DNA of 64,000 bases from Candidatus Scatovivens sp. (GTDB lineage Bacteria > Bacillota > Clostridia > TANB77 > CAG-508): the NCBI GenBank assembly GCA_045646345.1, contig JAZRKN010000001.1, positions 32,001-96,000 of the forward strand, given 5' to 3'. The notes beneath the pieces were generated by a model, which had not been told where the DNA came from, made no database searches, and was given only the letters and a program-made list of their open reading frames with translations. Below, piece after piece: positions 21,194 to 31,282 of the stretch. A program made the translations under genes and the position numbers. How positions within the stretch are numbered: position 1 is the stretch's first letter; every line of letters starts with the position of its first letter.

Positions 21194-21382
21194 TTAGTAT
21201 ATAAAATACATTATTAGCGACCCAATAACTAATAATAAAAATCCTAATAATTTTAGTCCCAATGCAGCTTCGTTTTTATCGCCAAAACTAAAATATTTTT
21301 TTACAATTGGTCTCGCATCATATATAAATTTAACTCCACACACTAAAGAAAGTGTGGCAATTATTAACAATAATATTTTCAA
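21194..21382 (-). CDS. Small two-TM membrane protein
   Basis: Two hydrophobic helices around YDARPIVKKYF; probable TTG start at 21382 behind GAGGA. Confidence 0.65.
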   Translation of the reverse strand: MKILLLIIATLSLVCGVKFIYDARPIVKKYFSFGDKNEAALGLKLLGFLLLVIGSLIMYFIY

Positions 21383-21534
21383 AATTAAACATCCTCGTTT
21401 TCTTCCTAAAATTAGCACTACTATTTTATTATTTTTATTGCAATTTGTCAACTCAAAAACGCCTATTTCTAGGCGATTTCATATACTTTTCACAATTAAA
21501 AAAGCAACCTTATAATTACTGGTTGCTTTAAACT

Positions 21535-23583
21535 TTAAATTTCAATTCTATTTTTAAATTTTTCATCTACTAATTTTTTCAAAGATTTATTTTCTTCCTT
21601 TTCTAGTAATGGGTCGTGATCAATTATATCCATGGCTATTCCTTGTGCTTGTTTTAATATTCCAATATCTTCAAAGAGATTAGCAATTTTAAACTCAGGA
21701 ATACCATGTTGTTTCGTTCCAAAGAATTCTCCTGACCCTCTTAATTCTAAATCTTTTTCAGAAATAACAAACCCGTCATTTGTACTTGAAATAACTTTCA
21801 TTCTTTCTCTTATAATTTGAGAATTTCCTTGATATTTTAATATACAGTAAGATTGATGTTCACCTCTTCCAACTCTTCCTCTTAATTGATGAAGTTGTGC
21901 AAGGCCAAATCTTTCTGCATTTTCAATTATCATAATATTACTATTTGGAACATTTACACCAACCTCAATAACAGTTGTTGAAATTAAAATATCTATATTT
22001 CCATTTTTAAACTCTTCCATTATAGCATCTTTTTCTTTTTGTTTCATTTTTCCATGAAGATATTCAACTCTTAAATTTGGAAAAATTTGCTTTTTATAAG
22101 TTTCATAAATTTCCATTACAGATTTTGCATCAATTTCTTCATTTTCTTCTACCAAAGGACATACAACATAACATTGTCTTCCTTCTTCAACATTCTTTAC
22201 TATAAAATTATTTACTCTTTGTTCCATTCCTTTAGTTACTGCATAGGTTTCTATTTTCTTTCTGTTAGGTGGTAACTCATCTATTATTGATATATCTAAA
22301 TCCCCATAAAGAATTAATGCTAAGGTTCTTGGAATTGGGGTTGCTGTCATTACCAAAACATCTGGATTGTTTCCTTTTTCAACAATTATACTTCTTTGTC
22401 TTACACCAAACCTATGTTGCTCATCTGTTACTACTAATCCTAATTTATTAAATTTTACATTTTCTTCTAAAACAGCATGTGTACCTATTAAAATATCTAT
22501 TTCACCTTTTTCTAATCTTTCAAGCATTTCTGTTTTTTTCTTTTTGGTGATACCACTAATTAAAAGTTCACATCTTATTCCAGAATCTTTTAATATATCA
22601 TTAAATGTCTCCAAATGTTGCGTAGCAAGAATTGCTGTTGGAGCCATTATAACAGCTTGATAACCCGATTTTACCGCTTTATACGCTGCAATTAAAGCAA
22701 CAACCGTTTTTCCAGATCCAACATCACCTTGAAGTAACCTATTCATCGGTTTACTAGATTCCATGTCTTTATCAATTTCTTCTAAAACCCTACGTTGTGC
22801 ACCAGTCGGTTTAAATGGAAGAATATCTATCACATCTGACATTTTTGCATTTTTAGAAAATTCGATACCAGGCTTTTTAATTTCATATTTATTTTTTAAA
22901 CTTAAAAGTGCCAATTGCATTGAAAATAGCTCTTCAAACACTAATCTTTTTTTTGCCAAATTAAAATTTGCAAAATTATCCGGAAAATGAATTTGTTTTA
23001 TTGCAGTATTATAGTCATATAAATTATATTTTTCTAATATATATTTAGGCAATGTCTCTTCTAATTTTCCTTCAACTTCACCCAAACCATTTTCAATAAT
23101 TTTTCTTATAGTATTTTGATTTAATTTATATGTAAGTGGATATATCGGAATAATTTTTCCTGTATTCTTGTTTGAAGACTCAAATTCATATACAGGAGAT
23201 TGCATTTCAGCTGTTCCATATTTTTTTGATACTTTTCCATAAAATTTATATCTTTGATTTTGCTTAAAAGTATTTTTCAAATATGATTGGTTATACCAAG
23301 TAATTTGACATGTACCGGTTTCATCCCTTACTATCAATTTGCACAAAGTTAAATTACCTCTTATTTTTATTTCATTCATCCTTGCAACAGGATAAGCACA
23401 AATAAGAGCTTCATCTCCATCCTCAAGTTCACTTATAGATTTTACTTTTCCTCTATCTTCATGTTCCCTTGGAAAATATGTTATTAAATCTTTTAAATTA
23501 AAAATCCCTAATTTGTTTAAAAGAGTAGCACGATTAGGTCCTACTCCTTTAATATATTTGATATCTTTGTTTAAATCTATCAT
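21535..23583 (-). CDS. recG: ATP-dependent DNA helicase RecG
   Basis: RLLQGDVGSGKT, DEQHRFG, TATPIPRT, QLRGRVGRG. Confidence 0.98.
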   Translation of the reverse strand: MIDLNKDIKYIKGVGPNRATLLNKLGIFNLKDLITYFPREHEDRGKVKSISELEDGDEALICAYPVARMNEIKIRGNLTLCKLIVRDETGTCQITWYNQSYLKNTFKQNQRYKFYGKVSKKYGTAEMQSPVYEFESSNKNTGKIIPIYPLTYKLNQNTIRKIIENGLGEVEGKLEETLPKYILEKYNLYDYNTAIKQIHFPDNFANFNLAKKRLVFEELFSMQLALLSLKNKYEIKKPGIEFSKNAKMSDVIDILPFKPTGAQRRVLEEIDKDMESSKPMNRLLQGDVGSGKTVVALIAAYKAVKSGYQAVIMAPTAILATQHLETFNDILKDSGIRCELLISGITKKKKTEMLERLEKGEIDILIGTHAVLEENVKFNKLGLVVTDEQHRFGVRQRSIIVEKGNNPDVLVMTATPIPRTLALILYGDLDISIIDELPPNRKKIETYAVTKGMEQRVNNFIVKNVEEGRQCYVVCPLVEENEEIDAKSVMEIYETYKKQIFPNLRVEYLHGKMKQKEKDAIMEEFKNGNIDILISTTVIEVGVNVPNSNIMIIENAERFGLAQLHQLRGRVGRGEHQSYCILKYQGNSQIIRERMKVISSTNDGFVISEKDLELRGSGEFFGTKQHGIPEFKIANLFEDIGILKQAQGIAMDIIDHDPLLEKEENKSLKKLVDEKFKNRIEI

Positions 23584-23603
23584 ACTATCCTCTTTATTTT
23601 TAA

Positions 23604-26045
23604 TTAGTCATCATCTCTACTCATTGGTTTCTTTGATTTTTCCACGTATTCTGCTTTTTCTTTTATATCATTTTTTTCTTCTTCTGTGTATTCCTTAGAA
23701 TTTTCTATATCAAAATATCTAACTAACGCACTTGCCCAACCTGTATGAACTAATTTTTTTACACCTTGTCTATTTTTTTGGTTTAACGTAACTAAACAAG
23801 ATCTATTAATACATCCATCAGCTAAAATCTCATCTTTATTTTTCTCAAACACACTCTCGTCTAAAACATATGTTGCTGCACCATATGCTGGTCTATTATT
23901 TTTGTCATATAATTTTTCTATTACATATTTACTTCTATTTGGTAAATAGAAAATTATATATCCATCTTTTAAATATTCTTGACTATAATCTTTATCTAAA
24001 CTTGATATCAAACTCCATCTAGTCCAAGGATCAGTTATGTTTCTAACTTGAGATTCATGAGCATTATCTTCTTCAGTTCTTTCCCTTTTCTCTCCAGATG
24101 GTTTACTAACAGTTTCTTTTCTCTCTGACATATAGCTTATAAATTTATTTCTCATTTCAGCATCTTTTTCGTCATCTGATGAAAAAGAGCTATATACCAA
24201 AATCAATTTTTGGCTTTCTGTCAATTCGCTATTTTTAAATACTTCTTCTAACATTGACTCAGTCAAAATTTTATCCGACATAAGTCTTTTTACATCTCTT
24301 GGTTTTAATTCTCCCGAAGCAAATAATTTACTTACCGCATCATAACCAACATAATCTATAACTGTATCAATAATCAACAATCCTTTACGATATAAATTGT
24401 AGATATGTTCATCGTCTAATAATTCTTCAGATTTATCAAGTATATTGATACCGCTTGCTTTTCTTCTTGTTAATATTTTTCTTTCTAAATCTCTTATAGC
24501 TTTTGGATTCTCTTTTTTAGTTTCTCTTTCAGTTCTTTCTTTTCTTGTTTCATCAATAATAAATAATTTGTAAAGTTTTCTATATTTTTCAAATTCCTCT
24601 AATCTTTCAGGATCTAGATATAATTCAACTAATCTTTCTGGTGAAAGTAATTTTGAAAAATCTTTATCTTCTACGTTAAATTTAACATATTCAAGGTTTT
24701 CAATAGAAATTTTACCTTCATTATATAATTCAAATGTTTTTTCTTCGCTTAGTAAACCTTTGCATATATAATATAACGATTGTTCATTTGTAAATTTTCT
24801 TTTAACCCCTAAAAACTCTTCAATTTCTTCTGATTGCAGCATATCATTATCTATCAAATACTGAATAGCTTCTGGATTATTTCTATCTAAAATAGAAAGT
24901 TCTTCAACCGTTAATTTTAAAGTATTCATATATTCTCTTTTTGATATACTAGTTACTGGCAAAAGTCCATTTGTAATATCTTCGATCATTTGATTTAATT
25001 CGTCATACTCGTAATATTTACCATTAATAAAATGTTGATTTAATGACTCTACAGATTCTGAAATAAGTCTAAAAGAGATTTCAGAAACAAATCTTGGAGA
25101 TGATACTATAGTTCTTTTAGTATCTATTAATTTTCCAACTTTTTTTGTAAAATCTTGTAGATTTCCAGCTTCTTCTGCAGTAAACAATTCAAAATTATTT
25201 CCATGCTTATTATAGAAAACAGCATTTGCTAATAATAGCATTTTGTCTATATCAATATAAACGCCATATTTTCTAACTGTCGCTTCAAATTCATCCCAAT
25301 CAAATACTTTACCAGTCTCTAAAATCTCATCCGTAACAACTTCTTCTTGATTTTGATTATTTTCTCCATTGATTTTTTGGCCTTTTGTCAATGCCTTATC
25401 TTTGTATAGTCTTACTGCTAGTATATTCCCTAAATTTGGATATTCACAAATATCTATTAAGTCGCTTGGAGATAAAAATTTTATCACTTCTCCTAACCCA
25501 AATTCTTCATCTATTTGCTCAATTCTTTTTTCTGCTTTAGTTATTTTTCTTTTTAGTGAATATTTCTCTTCAGCAAATTCTTTGGATGTATATACTACAA
25601 TATCTCCCGTCGAAGAGTTAACTCCTATATCCGCAACACATTCTGCTTTTAATAATTCTTTCGCAGTTACAACACATCTTCTTAAATTAGATTTTGGATT
25701 CACTATTATAACTTGATTTTTAGGTAATTCAAGTACTTTTTTTTCTGTTTCTTCAGTTTCATTTCCAGTAAGAATTGTATGTCTTTTTTGATTTTCCAAA
25801 TCTTTTTCAGCCATTCTTCCTAAGTGTAATACATAAATACCTTTATCAAATATAGTTTCATACTGAAGAACCAATTGACGCACTTCATTGAAATTTTTAA
25901 CTTTTACAATTTTAGCCTCGAATTCCATTGCCAAATTAACATCAACGTTATATTTATATGCACTTCTCAATTCTTTTATATTATATGGAAATCCAACTTG
26001 CATTATAAGTCTTTCCATACTAATTTTATCTACTTTTGATATCAT
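23604..26045 (-). CDS. Large hypothetical protein (813 aa)
   Basis: Long ORF with RBS, largely helical/charged; no recognised family. Confidence 0.8.
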   Translation of the reverse strand: MISKVDKISMERLIMQVGFPYNIKELRSAYKYNVDVNLAMEFEAKIVKVKNFNEVRQLVLQYETIFDKGIYVLHLGRMAEKDLENQKRHTILTGNETEETEKKVLELPKNQVIIVNPKSNLRRCVVTAKELLKAECVADIGVNSSTGDIVVYTSKEFAEEKYSLKRKITKAEKRIEQIDEEFGLGEVIKFLSPSDLIDICEYPNLGNILAVRLYKDKALTKGQKINGENNQNQEEVVTDEILETGKVFDWDEFEATVRKYGVYIDIDKMLLLANAVFYNKHGNNFELFTAEEAGNLQDFTKKVGKLIDTKRTIVSSPRFVSEISFRLISESVESLNQHFINGKYYEYDELNQMIEDITNGLLPVTSISKREYMNTLKLTVEELSILDRNNPEAIQYLIDNDMLQSEEIEEFLGVKRKFTNEQSLYYICKGLLSEEKTFELYNEGKISIENLEYVKFNVEDKDFSKLLSPERLVELYLDPERLEEFEKYRKLYKLFIIDETRKERTERETKKENPKAIRDLERKILTRRKASGINILDKSEELLDDEHIYNLYRKGLLIIDTVIDYVGYDAVSKLFASGELKPRDVKRLMSDKILTESMLEEVFKNSELTESQKLILVYSSFSSDDEKDAEMRNKFISYMSERKETVSKPSGEKRERTEEDNAHESQVRNITDPWTRWSLISSLDKDYSQEYLKDGYIIFYLPNRSKYVIEKLYDKNNRPAYGAATYVLDESVFEKNKDEILADGCINRSCLVTLNQKNRQGVKKLVHTGWASALVRYFDIENSKEYTEEEKNDIKEKAEYVEKSKKPMSRDDD

Positions 26046-26057
26046 TTTTTATTTCCT

Positions 26058-26918
26058 TTATTTCAAATAATTATATATCTTTCCAACTTCCTTTTTAAAT
26101 GGATTTTCGTTTACAAAAATTTCTTTATTTTTAATTTCATAAAAGAATTTTTCTTTGTCTAAATCGCTTTTGGTTAATAATACAGCAATAGACTTTTGAT
26201 TATCCATATTTATTGTTTCTATAACATTTTCTAAATTTTCTTCATATATAATTTCAATTTCATATTCATTTTCATTTGCATAAATATAAATTGCTTCTTG
26301 CAACTTTTCCAAATCTTCCGAATTACAATATAAAGCAATATTATTGTATGGATAAAACTTAACATCATTTTCTTCGCATAACATTTGATATATTGTTGTA
26401 TCTCCAATAACAATAACATCATCATAATAATTCTTTATTTTTTCAAAACTTTGTATCGAAAAATTCTCAATTTTATTAATTAAATTATATATTTTATATT
26501 GTTCTAATGTATCATTTATAATTTTCAATATAACTTCATTAACTCCAAGCATAAATCCTTCTTGGTATATCATTACTTTTGTTCTTTGGGTAATAGCTTG
26601 CAGACAAATATGTAATGTTAAATAAGGATCGCCTTTATAAATAACAATTTTTCTTTCATCATCTTTTAATACGCAATCTTTTTTTCTATACTTCTCAATA
26701 ATAGATATAAATTCTTTTACTTTGATTTGCTTTTTACTGTGTTTTATATCCACTTTGTTTGCATCCATTATTAAATTACTATTTTCTATAAAAAGCTCTT
26801 TTAAACTATCCAGAAAATCATTTAATGAATTTGTTGTTAAAGTATATCTAGAAACAGGCTCTTTTATAGCATCTATATTCAAATTTTCCATACTATTAAT
26901 CTGCACTTTTTTGCACAT
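26058..26918 (-). CDS. Degenerate aldehyde-dehydrogenase-fold protein resembling a shortened ProA
   Basis: Collinear ProA-like segments (IMDANKVDI, IVIYKGDPYLT, LENVIETIN...EIFVN) without the catalytic Cys motif. Confidence 0.6.
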   Translation of the reverse strand: MCKKVQINSMENLNIDAIKEPVSRYTLTTNSLNDFLDSLKELFIENSNLIMDANKVDIKHSKKQIKVKEFISIIEKYRKKDCVLKDDERKIVIYKGDPYLTLHICLQAITQRTKVMIYQEGFMLGVNEVILKIINDTLEQYKIYNLINKIENFSIQSFEKIKNYYDDVIVIGDTTIYQMLCEENDVKFYPYNNIALYCNSEDLEKLQEAIYIYANENEYEIEIIYEENLENVIETINMDNQKSIAVLLTKSDLDKEKFFYEIKNKEIFVNENPFKKEVGKIYNYLK

Positions 26919-27041
26919 ACCTTTCTAAAAAATTTTCTCAAGCAAATTGTATCATTTATGATTTCTTTTTTCAATATAATAAATTTAAAAAAATCTAATC
27001 TTTTTGATTATTTTTTGTATCAAAAAAATTAGATTTTTTAT

Positions 27042-27596
27042 TTATTCTTCATCTCCAAAATATTCCTCAATCTCTTCTGTTTTTTCTTCGAATTCTTCTT
27101 CGGATATTGGAGTCATTGGAATATTTTTTATCTTTTTAGTCTTTATTTTTTGAGGTATCTTAGCCCTTACTTTTTTATCATTATTTTCAAGCGTTTTATC
27201 CACAATTTCATTCGCTTTTTCCATTAAATCTGGAACATAATCGATAAGTTTATCAATTGCTGATTCATGTTCTATTGGTATTACTTTTATTGTATCTTTT
27301 AATACTACAACAAATGCGACCGGATTTATCGAAATTCCAGCGCCACTCCCTCCACCAAATGGTAGTTTGTATTGCACCTCTTCCTCTTTATCTTTTCTTT
27401 TATATTCATTTATAGTCTCATTTTTAAACTCACTTCCTCCTGCAGCAAAGCCAAAACAAACCTTAGAAATCGGAATAATTGTCATTCCATTCGCTGCTTC
27501 TATCGGTTCACCAATTATCGTATTTACATCAACCATTTCTTTAATACTATTCATAGCATTTTCCATTAAAATCTCAATTGAATGTTGCTCACTCAT
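27042..27596 (-). CDS. ytfJ: Sporulation protein YtfJ/GerW
   Basis: MVDVNTIIGEPI, IIPISKVCFGFAAGGSEF, PFGGGSGAGISINPVAF. Confidence 0.95.
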   Translation of the reverse strand: MSEQHSIEILMENAMNSIKEMVDVNTIIGEPIEAANGMTIIPISKVCFGFAAGGSEFKNETINEYKRKDKEEEVQYKLPFGGGSGAGISINPVAFVVVLKDTIKVIPIEHESAIDKLIDYVPDLMEKANEIVDKTLENNDKKVRAKIPQKIKTKKIKNIPMTPISEEEFEEKTEEIEEYFGDEE

Positions 27597-27679
27597 AAAA
27601 AAACCTCTTTTCTTTTCTCATAATTTTTAGTTAGTATTCCACTTTTATAAAAAAATATGCGAAAAGAAAAGAGTAAGTT

Positions 27680-29335
27680 TTAATATACTTTTCTAAATAA
27701 ATTTACAATATTTTTCTTTATATAAATATTATATCCAATATTTATCAAAGATAGTATTACAAATATTGCTATCAAGAATATTTTTGCATCTGAAAAGATT
27801 AAGCTTATCAAATAAAAAATACCCGCTACAATCAAAGAATAAAACAACTCATACATTACATTTGTATTTTGCTTCATCATTGTATATTCAGTGTCCCAAA
27901 CCAATTGAGGCTTGTTTAAATCTATCAATATTTTTAATTTTTCACCCATTCTATTTATTAAGTATAACATTACAAAAATAACTATAGAAACATATAAATT
28001 CTTTGTGCACATATAATAAAATATTGTAACAAGAATTGATGCTACCATATTAAAAAATGTTCCAAGAAAAATTTTTAACTCAAACTGTTTTTTCAAATCT
28101 ATTGGAATATATTTTGTTACTATTGCATTCTTACTTTCTCTAGATATTGAAATTATTGAAGTAAAATTCATCATGTAAAAAATTTGTCCAACTCCTAAAG
28201 TTATTGCAAGCCCAAATGGTGTAGTTGCCACATTTCTGATTTTTTCCCACAAATCTAATCCCACAAGAGCAGCAAATTCTGTCATTCCTATAATTGTAAA
28301 AAATATAAAGAATGGATATAAAACAGGAACAATTATACATTCAATAAAAAATATTGGTGTTCTCATTATTGTTTTATATTCTTTTAAAATATATGTTTTA
28401 TATTTATTTCTTTTTTTGAAATCTTTTAATGTCAATTCACTATTATCTTTCTTAGTATTTTTCTTGCTATTTATAGTCGCTCCTATAGCACCTTTCAAAT
28501 ATATTTTTGACATTATCCAGATAACAGCCAAATAGCAAACAATATTTTCAACTATATAAATTACTAAATTTTTCAAGCCAGTTGTATTATCATAGTTTAA
28601 TAACGTATTCATTATCGGTTTTATTAAAATAAAATAATCTGCTATAGTTTCAGCAACACCATTTGCTTTCAACATAACATTTTTTATACTAGATACTGAA
28701 AAATCTTGTTGTGAATTAAAACTAGAAGTTATCATACTGACAATTAATGTTGTTAAAATTAATGTTATATAAATCACTTTATTCTTATTTTTTATTTTAT
28801 TTGTAAATCTCATTATAATAGCAATTATTAGCGATGTTAAAAGAATTGGAATTACTGGTAAAATCAATAATATTGCTATCATATATGCATAAAATAATCC
28901 TGTTGCATTTGTTAAAATACCATATACCACCATTGGGATAGCTAACATTATTATTTCCATTTCATATTCTGAAACTATCATATTAAGCATTTTAGAATGT
29001 AAAATATTTTTAGGTTTTATAGGCATTCTCAGCAACACTTTTAAATCTTTAGAAAAATATAATACATTTAAACTCTCAAATACACTTTTAGCAAACAGTA
29101 TAAAGAAATTCATTAATAACAATATATTTGTAAAGGTATATGCTTGATTTATTTCTTGTAATTGAGTTGTCATAGAATAACTAAATGCCGCCATAGTTGC
29201 TCCAATTGCTCCAAAAACAATTAAAAACGCCAGTCCACCTAAAACATTTTCTTTTTTATTTGCTTCTACAATTCTTCTACGAGAATTTTTAAAAATTATA
29301 CTTGTTAAACTTTTCATAAAAAACCTATCCTTCAA
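27680..29335 (-). CDS. ABC-2 type exporter permease
   Basis: Multi-TM; LYFSKDLKVLLRMPI motif; overlaps ATPase gene. Confidence 0.85.
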   Translation of the reverse strand: MKDRFFMKSLTSIIFKNSRRRIVEANKKENVLGGLAFLIVFGAIGATMAAFSYSMTTQLQEINQAYTFTNILLLMNFFILFAKSVFESLNVLYFSKDLKVLLRMPIKPKNILHSKMLNMIVSEYEMEIIMLAIPMVVYGILTNATGLFYAYMIAILLILPVIPILLTSLIIAIIMRFTNKIKNKNKVIYITLILTTLIVSMITSSFNSQQDFSVSSIKNVMLKANGVAETIADYFILIKPIMNTLLNYDNTTGLKNLVIYIVENIVCYLAVIWIMSKIYLKGAIGATINSKKNTKKDNSELTLKDFKKRNKYKTYILKEYKTIMRTPIFFIECIIVPVLYPFFIFFTIIGMTEFAALVGLDLWEKIRNVATTPFGLAITLGVGQIFYMMNFTSIISISRESKNAIVTKYIPIDLKKQFELKIFLGTFFNMVASILVTIFYYMCTKNLYVSIVIFVMLYLINRMGEKLKILIDLNKPQLVWDTEYTMMKQNTNVMYELFYSLIVAGIFYLISLIFSDAKIFLIAIFVILSLINIGYNIYIKKNIVNLFRKVY

Positions 29336-30047
29336 TTATTTTTAAAAATGATTCTTCTAGTGATGTATTAGATTTTGATTTTTCTTTTATTTCATCACAA
29401 GTTCCAACAAAAATAATTTTTCCTTTATCTATAACGGCAATTTTATCACATAATTTTTCTGCCACTTCTAAAACATGTGTTGAGAAAAATACTGTATTTC
29501 CTTTCGCAGCATGTTCTTTCATTAATTTTTTTAATGTATAAGAAGCTTTTGGATCCAATCCTGTCATTGGTTCATCTAAAATCCAATTTTTCGGATTATG
29601 CAATAAAACACTTATTATTAAAAGTTTTTGTCTCATTCCATGTGAATAACTTTGAATTCTATCTTTTAAAAATTTTGAAATACCAAATTCTTCAGAAAGA
29701 GTTTGTACTTTTTCAAGTCTAACTTTTTCTGGAACTTCATATATATCACCTATAAAATTCAAATATTCAAGACCTGTTAATTTTTCAAAAACATCAGGCG
29801 AGTCTGGCACAAAACCAAATTGTTTTTTTGCTTCTAACGGATTTTTAGTAATACTTTTTCCGTCAATTAAAATATCTCCTCTATCTATATTTAAAACTCC
29901 TGTAATCATTTCTATTGTCGTAGTTTTTCCTGCCCCATTTGGTCCTATAAAACCAAAAACAGTTCCATCTTCAACTTTAAAATTGATATTATCAATTACT
30001 TTTACATCTTTTACATAAGATAAACTAACATCATTTATTTCGATCAT
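29325..30047 (-). CDS. ABC transporter ATP-binding protein
   Basis: GPNGAGKTT, YSHGMRQK, ILDEP, STH. Confidence 0.95.
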   Translation of the reverse strand: MIEINDVSLSYVKDVKVIDNINFKVEDGTVFGFIGPNGAGKTTTIEMITGVLNIDRGDILIDGKSITKNPLEAKKQFGFVPDSPDVFEKLTGLEYLNFIGDIYEVPEKVRLEKVQTLSEEFGISKFLKDRIQSYSHGMRQKLLIISVLLHNPKNWILDEPMTGLDPKASYTLKKLMKEHAAKGNTVFFSTHVLEVAEKLCDKIAVIDKGKIIFVGTCDEIKEKSKSNTSLEESFLKIIEG

Positions 30048-30113
30048 CTAACTATTTGTATGAAAACTCATACTCTCCTTTCTATATTAGATATACAAAT
30101 TATATATTTAATA

Positions 30114-30707
30114 TTAATTTTTTTCAATAAATTTATTTCTTCTTCGATCCAATATAAAAAATAAAAAGTTAAGAGCATTCAAATATATATTCGCCGAAAA
30201 TTTCAGCGAAAAATTATTTACATTAAAGTAATTAGGATTTATTTTTAAATAAAAATTATCATACGATTTTCCTTCTGAATATTTAGAATATATAATAGAT
30301 ATATATGTCGATAAAATTGGAACTAAAAAAATTGTTACTATCATCTCTCGTGTCCCAAAGTATAAATTCAAATCAAATTTATTGATACAAGGTTTTATTT
30401 TATCTAAATTTCTCAAAATAAAAATTAGTGAATTTTCTTTTTTATTTTTAGATAATTTTATTCCATCCAAATTAAATTTAATATCAAACACTTCACAGTA
30501 CTCTTTATTAACTTTTATTGTTAAAATTTTAATTTTTTTAATTGTTATTAAATCAACATATAATTTTACTTCTTTGATATCCAGTTTATTCTGAGCTTTT
30601 TCGTTGTAAATAACTTCACATTTTTCAAATCTAAAATTTAAATCTAAATTATATAAAATTATCCAAAGTATCAAAAATATAATAAACAAAACAATAAGAA
30701 ATATCAT
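30114..30707 (-). CDS. DUF2953/YtfI-like protein
   Basis: N-terminal TM segment, FG..T and INPNY pattern, position upstream of ytfJ. Confidence 0.55.
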   Translation of the reverse strand: MIFLIVLFIIFLILWIILYNLDLNFRFEKCEVIYNEKAQNKLDIKEVKLYVDLITIKKIKILTIKVNKEYCEVFDIKFNLDGIKLSKNKKENSLIFILRNLDKIKPCINKFDLNLYFGTREMIVTIFLVPILSTYISIIYSKYSEGKSYDNFYLKINPNYFNVNNFSLKFSANIYLNALNFLFFILDRRRNKFIEKN

Positions 30708-30776
30708 TAAAACACCTTTAATTTATTTAATTATTAATTTAGTGTTTCCAAATATTTCGTTTATATAAAAAATATT

Positions 30777-30807
30777 AAGAGCCCTTGGTACACCAAAGGG
30801 CTCTTTT
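30777..30807. terminator. Hairpin terminator
   Basis: AAGAGCCCTTGGT-ACACC-AAAGGGCTCTT. Confidence 0.65.
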
Positions 30808-30837
30808 CAATATTTAATTGTAATTTTTCGCAAGAAA

Positions 30838-31197
30838 CTAATCGAGATCAAGCAAATTTCCTTCCATATCCAACATATTTCCAAATTCCACAAATAGTTC
30901 ATTTCTCTCAAAATGCTTATTGTAAAACTCTTCAAAATCATCTGACATATCTTTATCGCTAACAATCCATTTTCTTTCAGCGAAATTATAGATAAATTTT
31001 CTGACAACCAAACCTTCTGTTGCAAATCCTGCAAAGTTTCCGATAAAACATAAAACTTTACCTCTTACTTTAGCAGGTTCTCTTATTGCATCTAATAGTC
31101 TGATTTTTTCATGTTCGATAATTAATCGGTACTGTTCACTTCTGTTTTCAAATTTCATTCCCGTCAATCTCATAATGTTCTCCTTTTTCTTGCTCAC
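30838..31197 (-). CDS. Hypothetical protein
   Basis: 119-aa ORF (alternative ATG behind AAGGAG); sits where scpB normally lies. Confidence 0.6.
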   Translation of the reverse strand: MSKKKENIMRLTGMKFENRSEQYRLIIEHEKIRLLDAIREPAKVRGKVLCFIGNFAGFATEGLVVRKFIYNFAERKWIVSDKDMSDDFEEFYNKHFERNELFVEFGNMLDMEGNLLDLD

Positions 31198-31282
31198 AAC
31201 AGTTACATCTATTATATTTTAACATATTTACATAATATTTTCAAGTTATAAAAAGCTCGCCTTTATAATCAGCGAGCCATTT

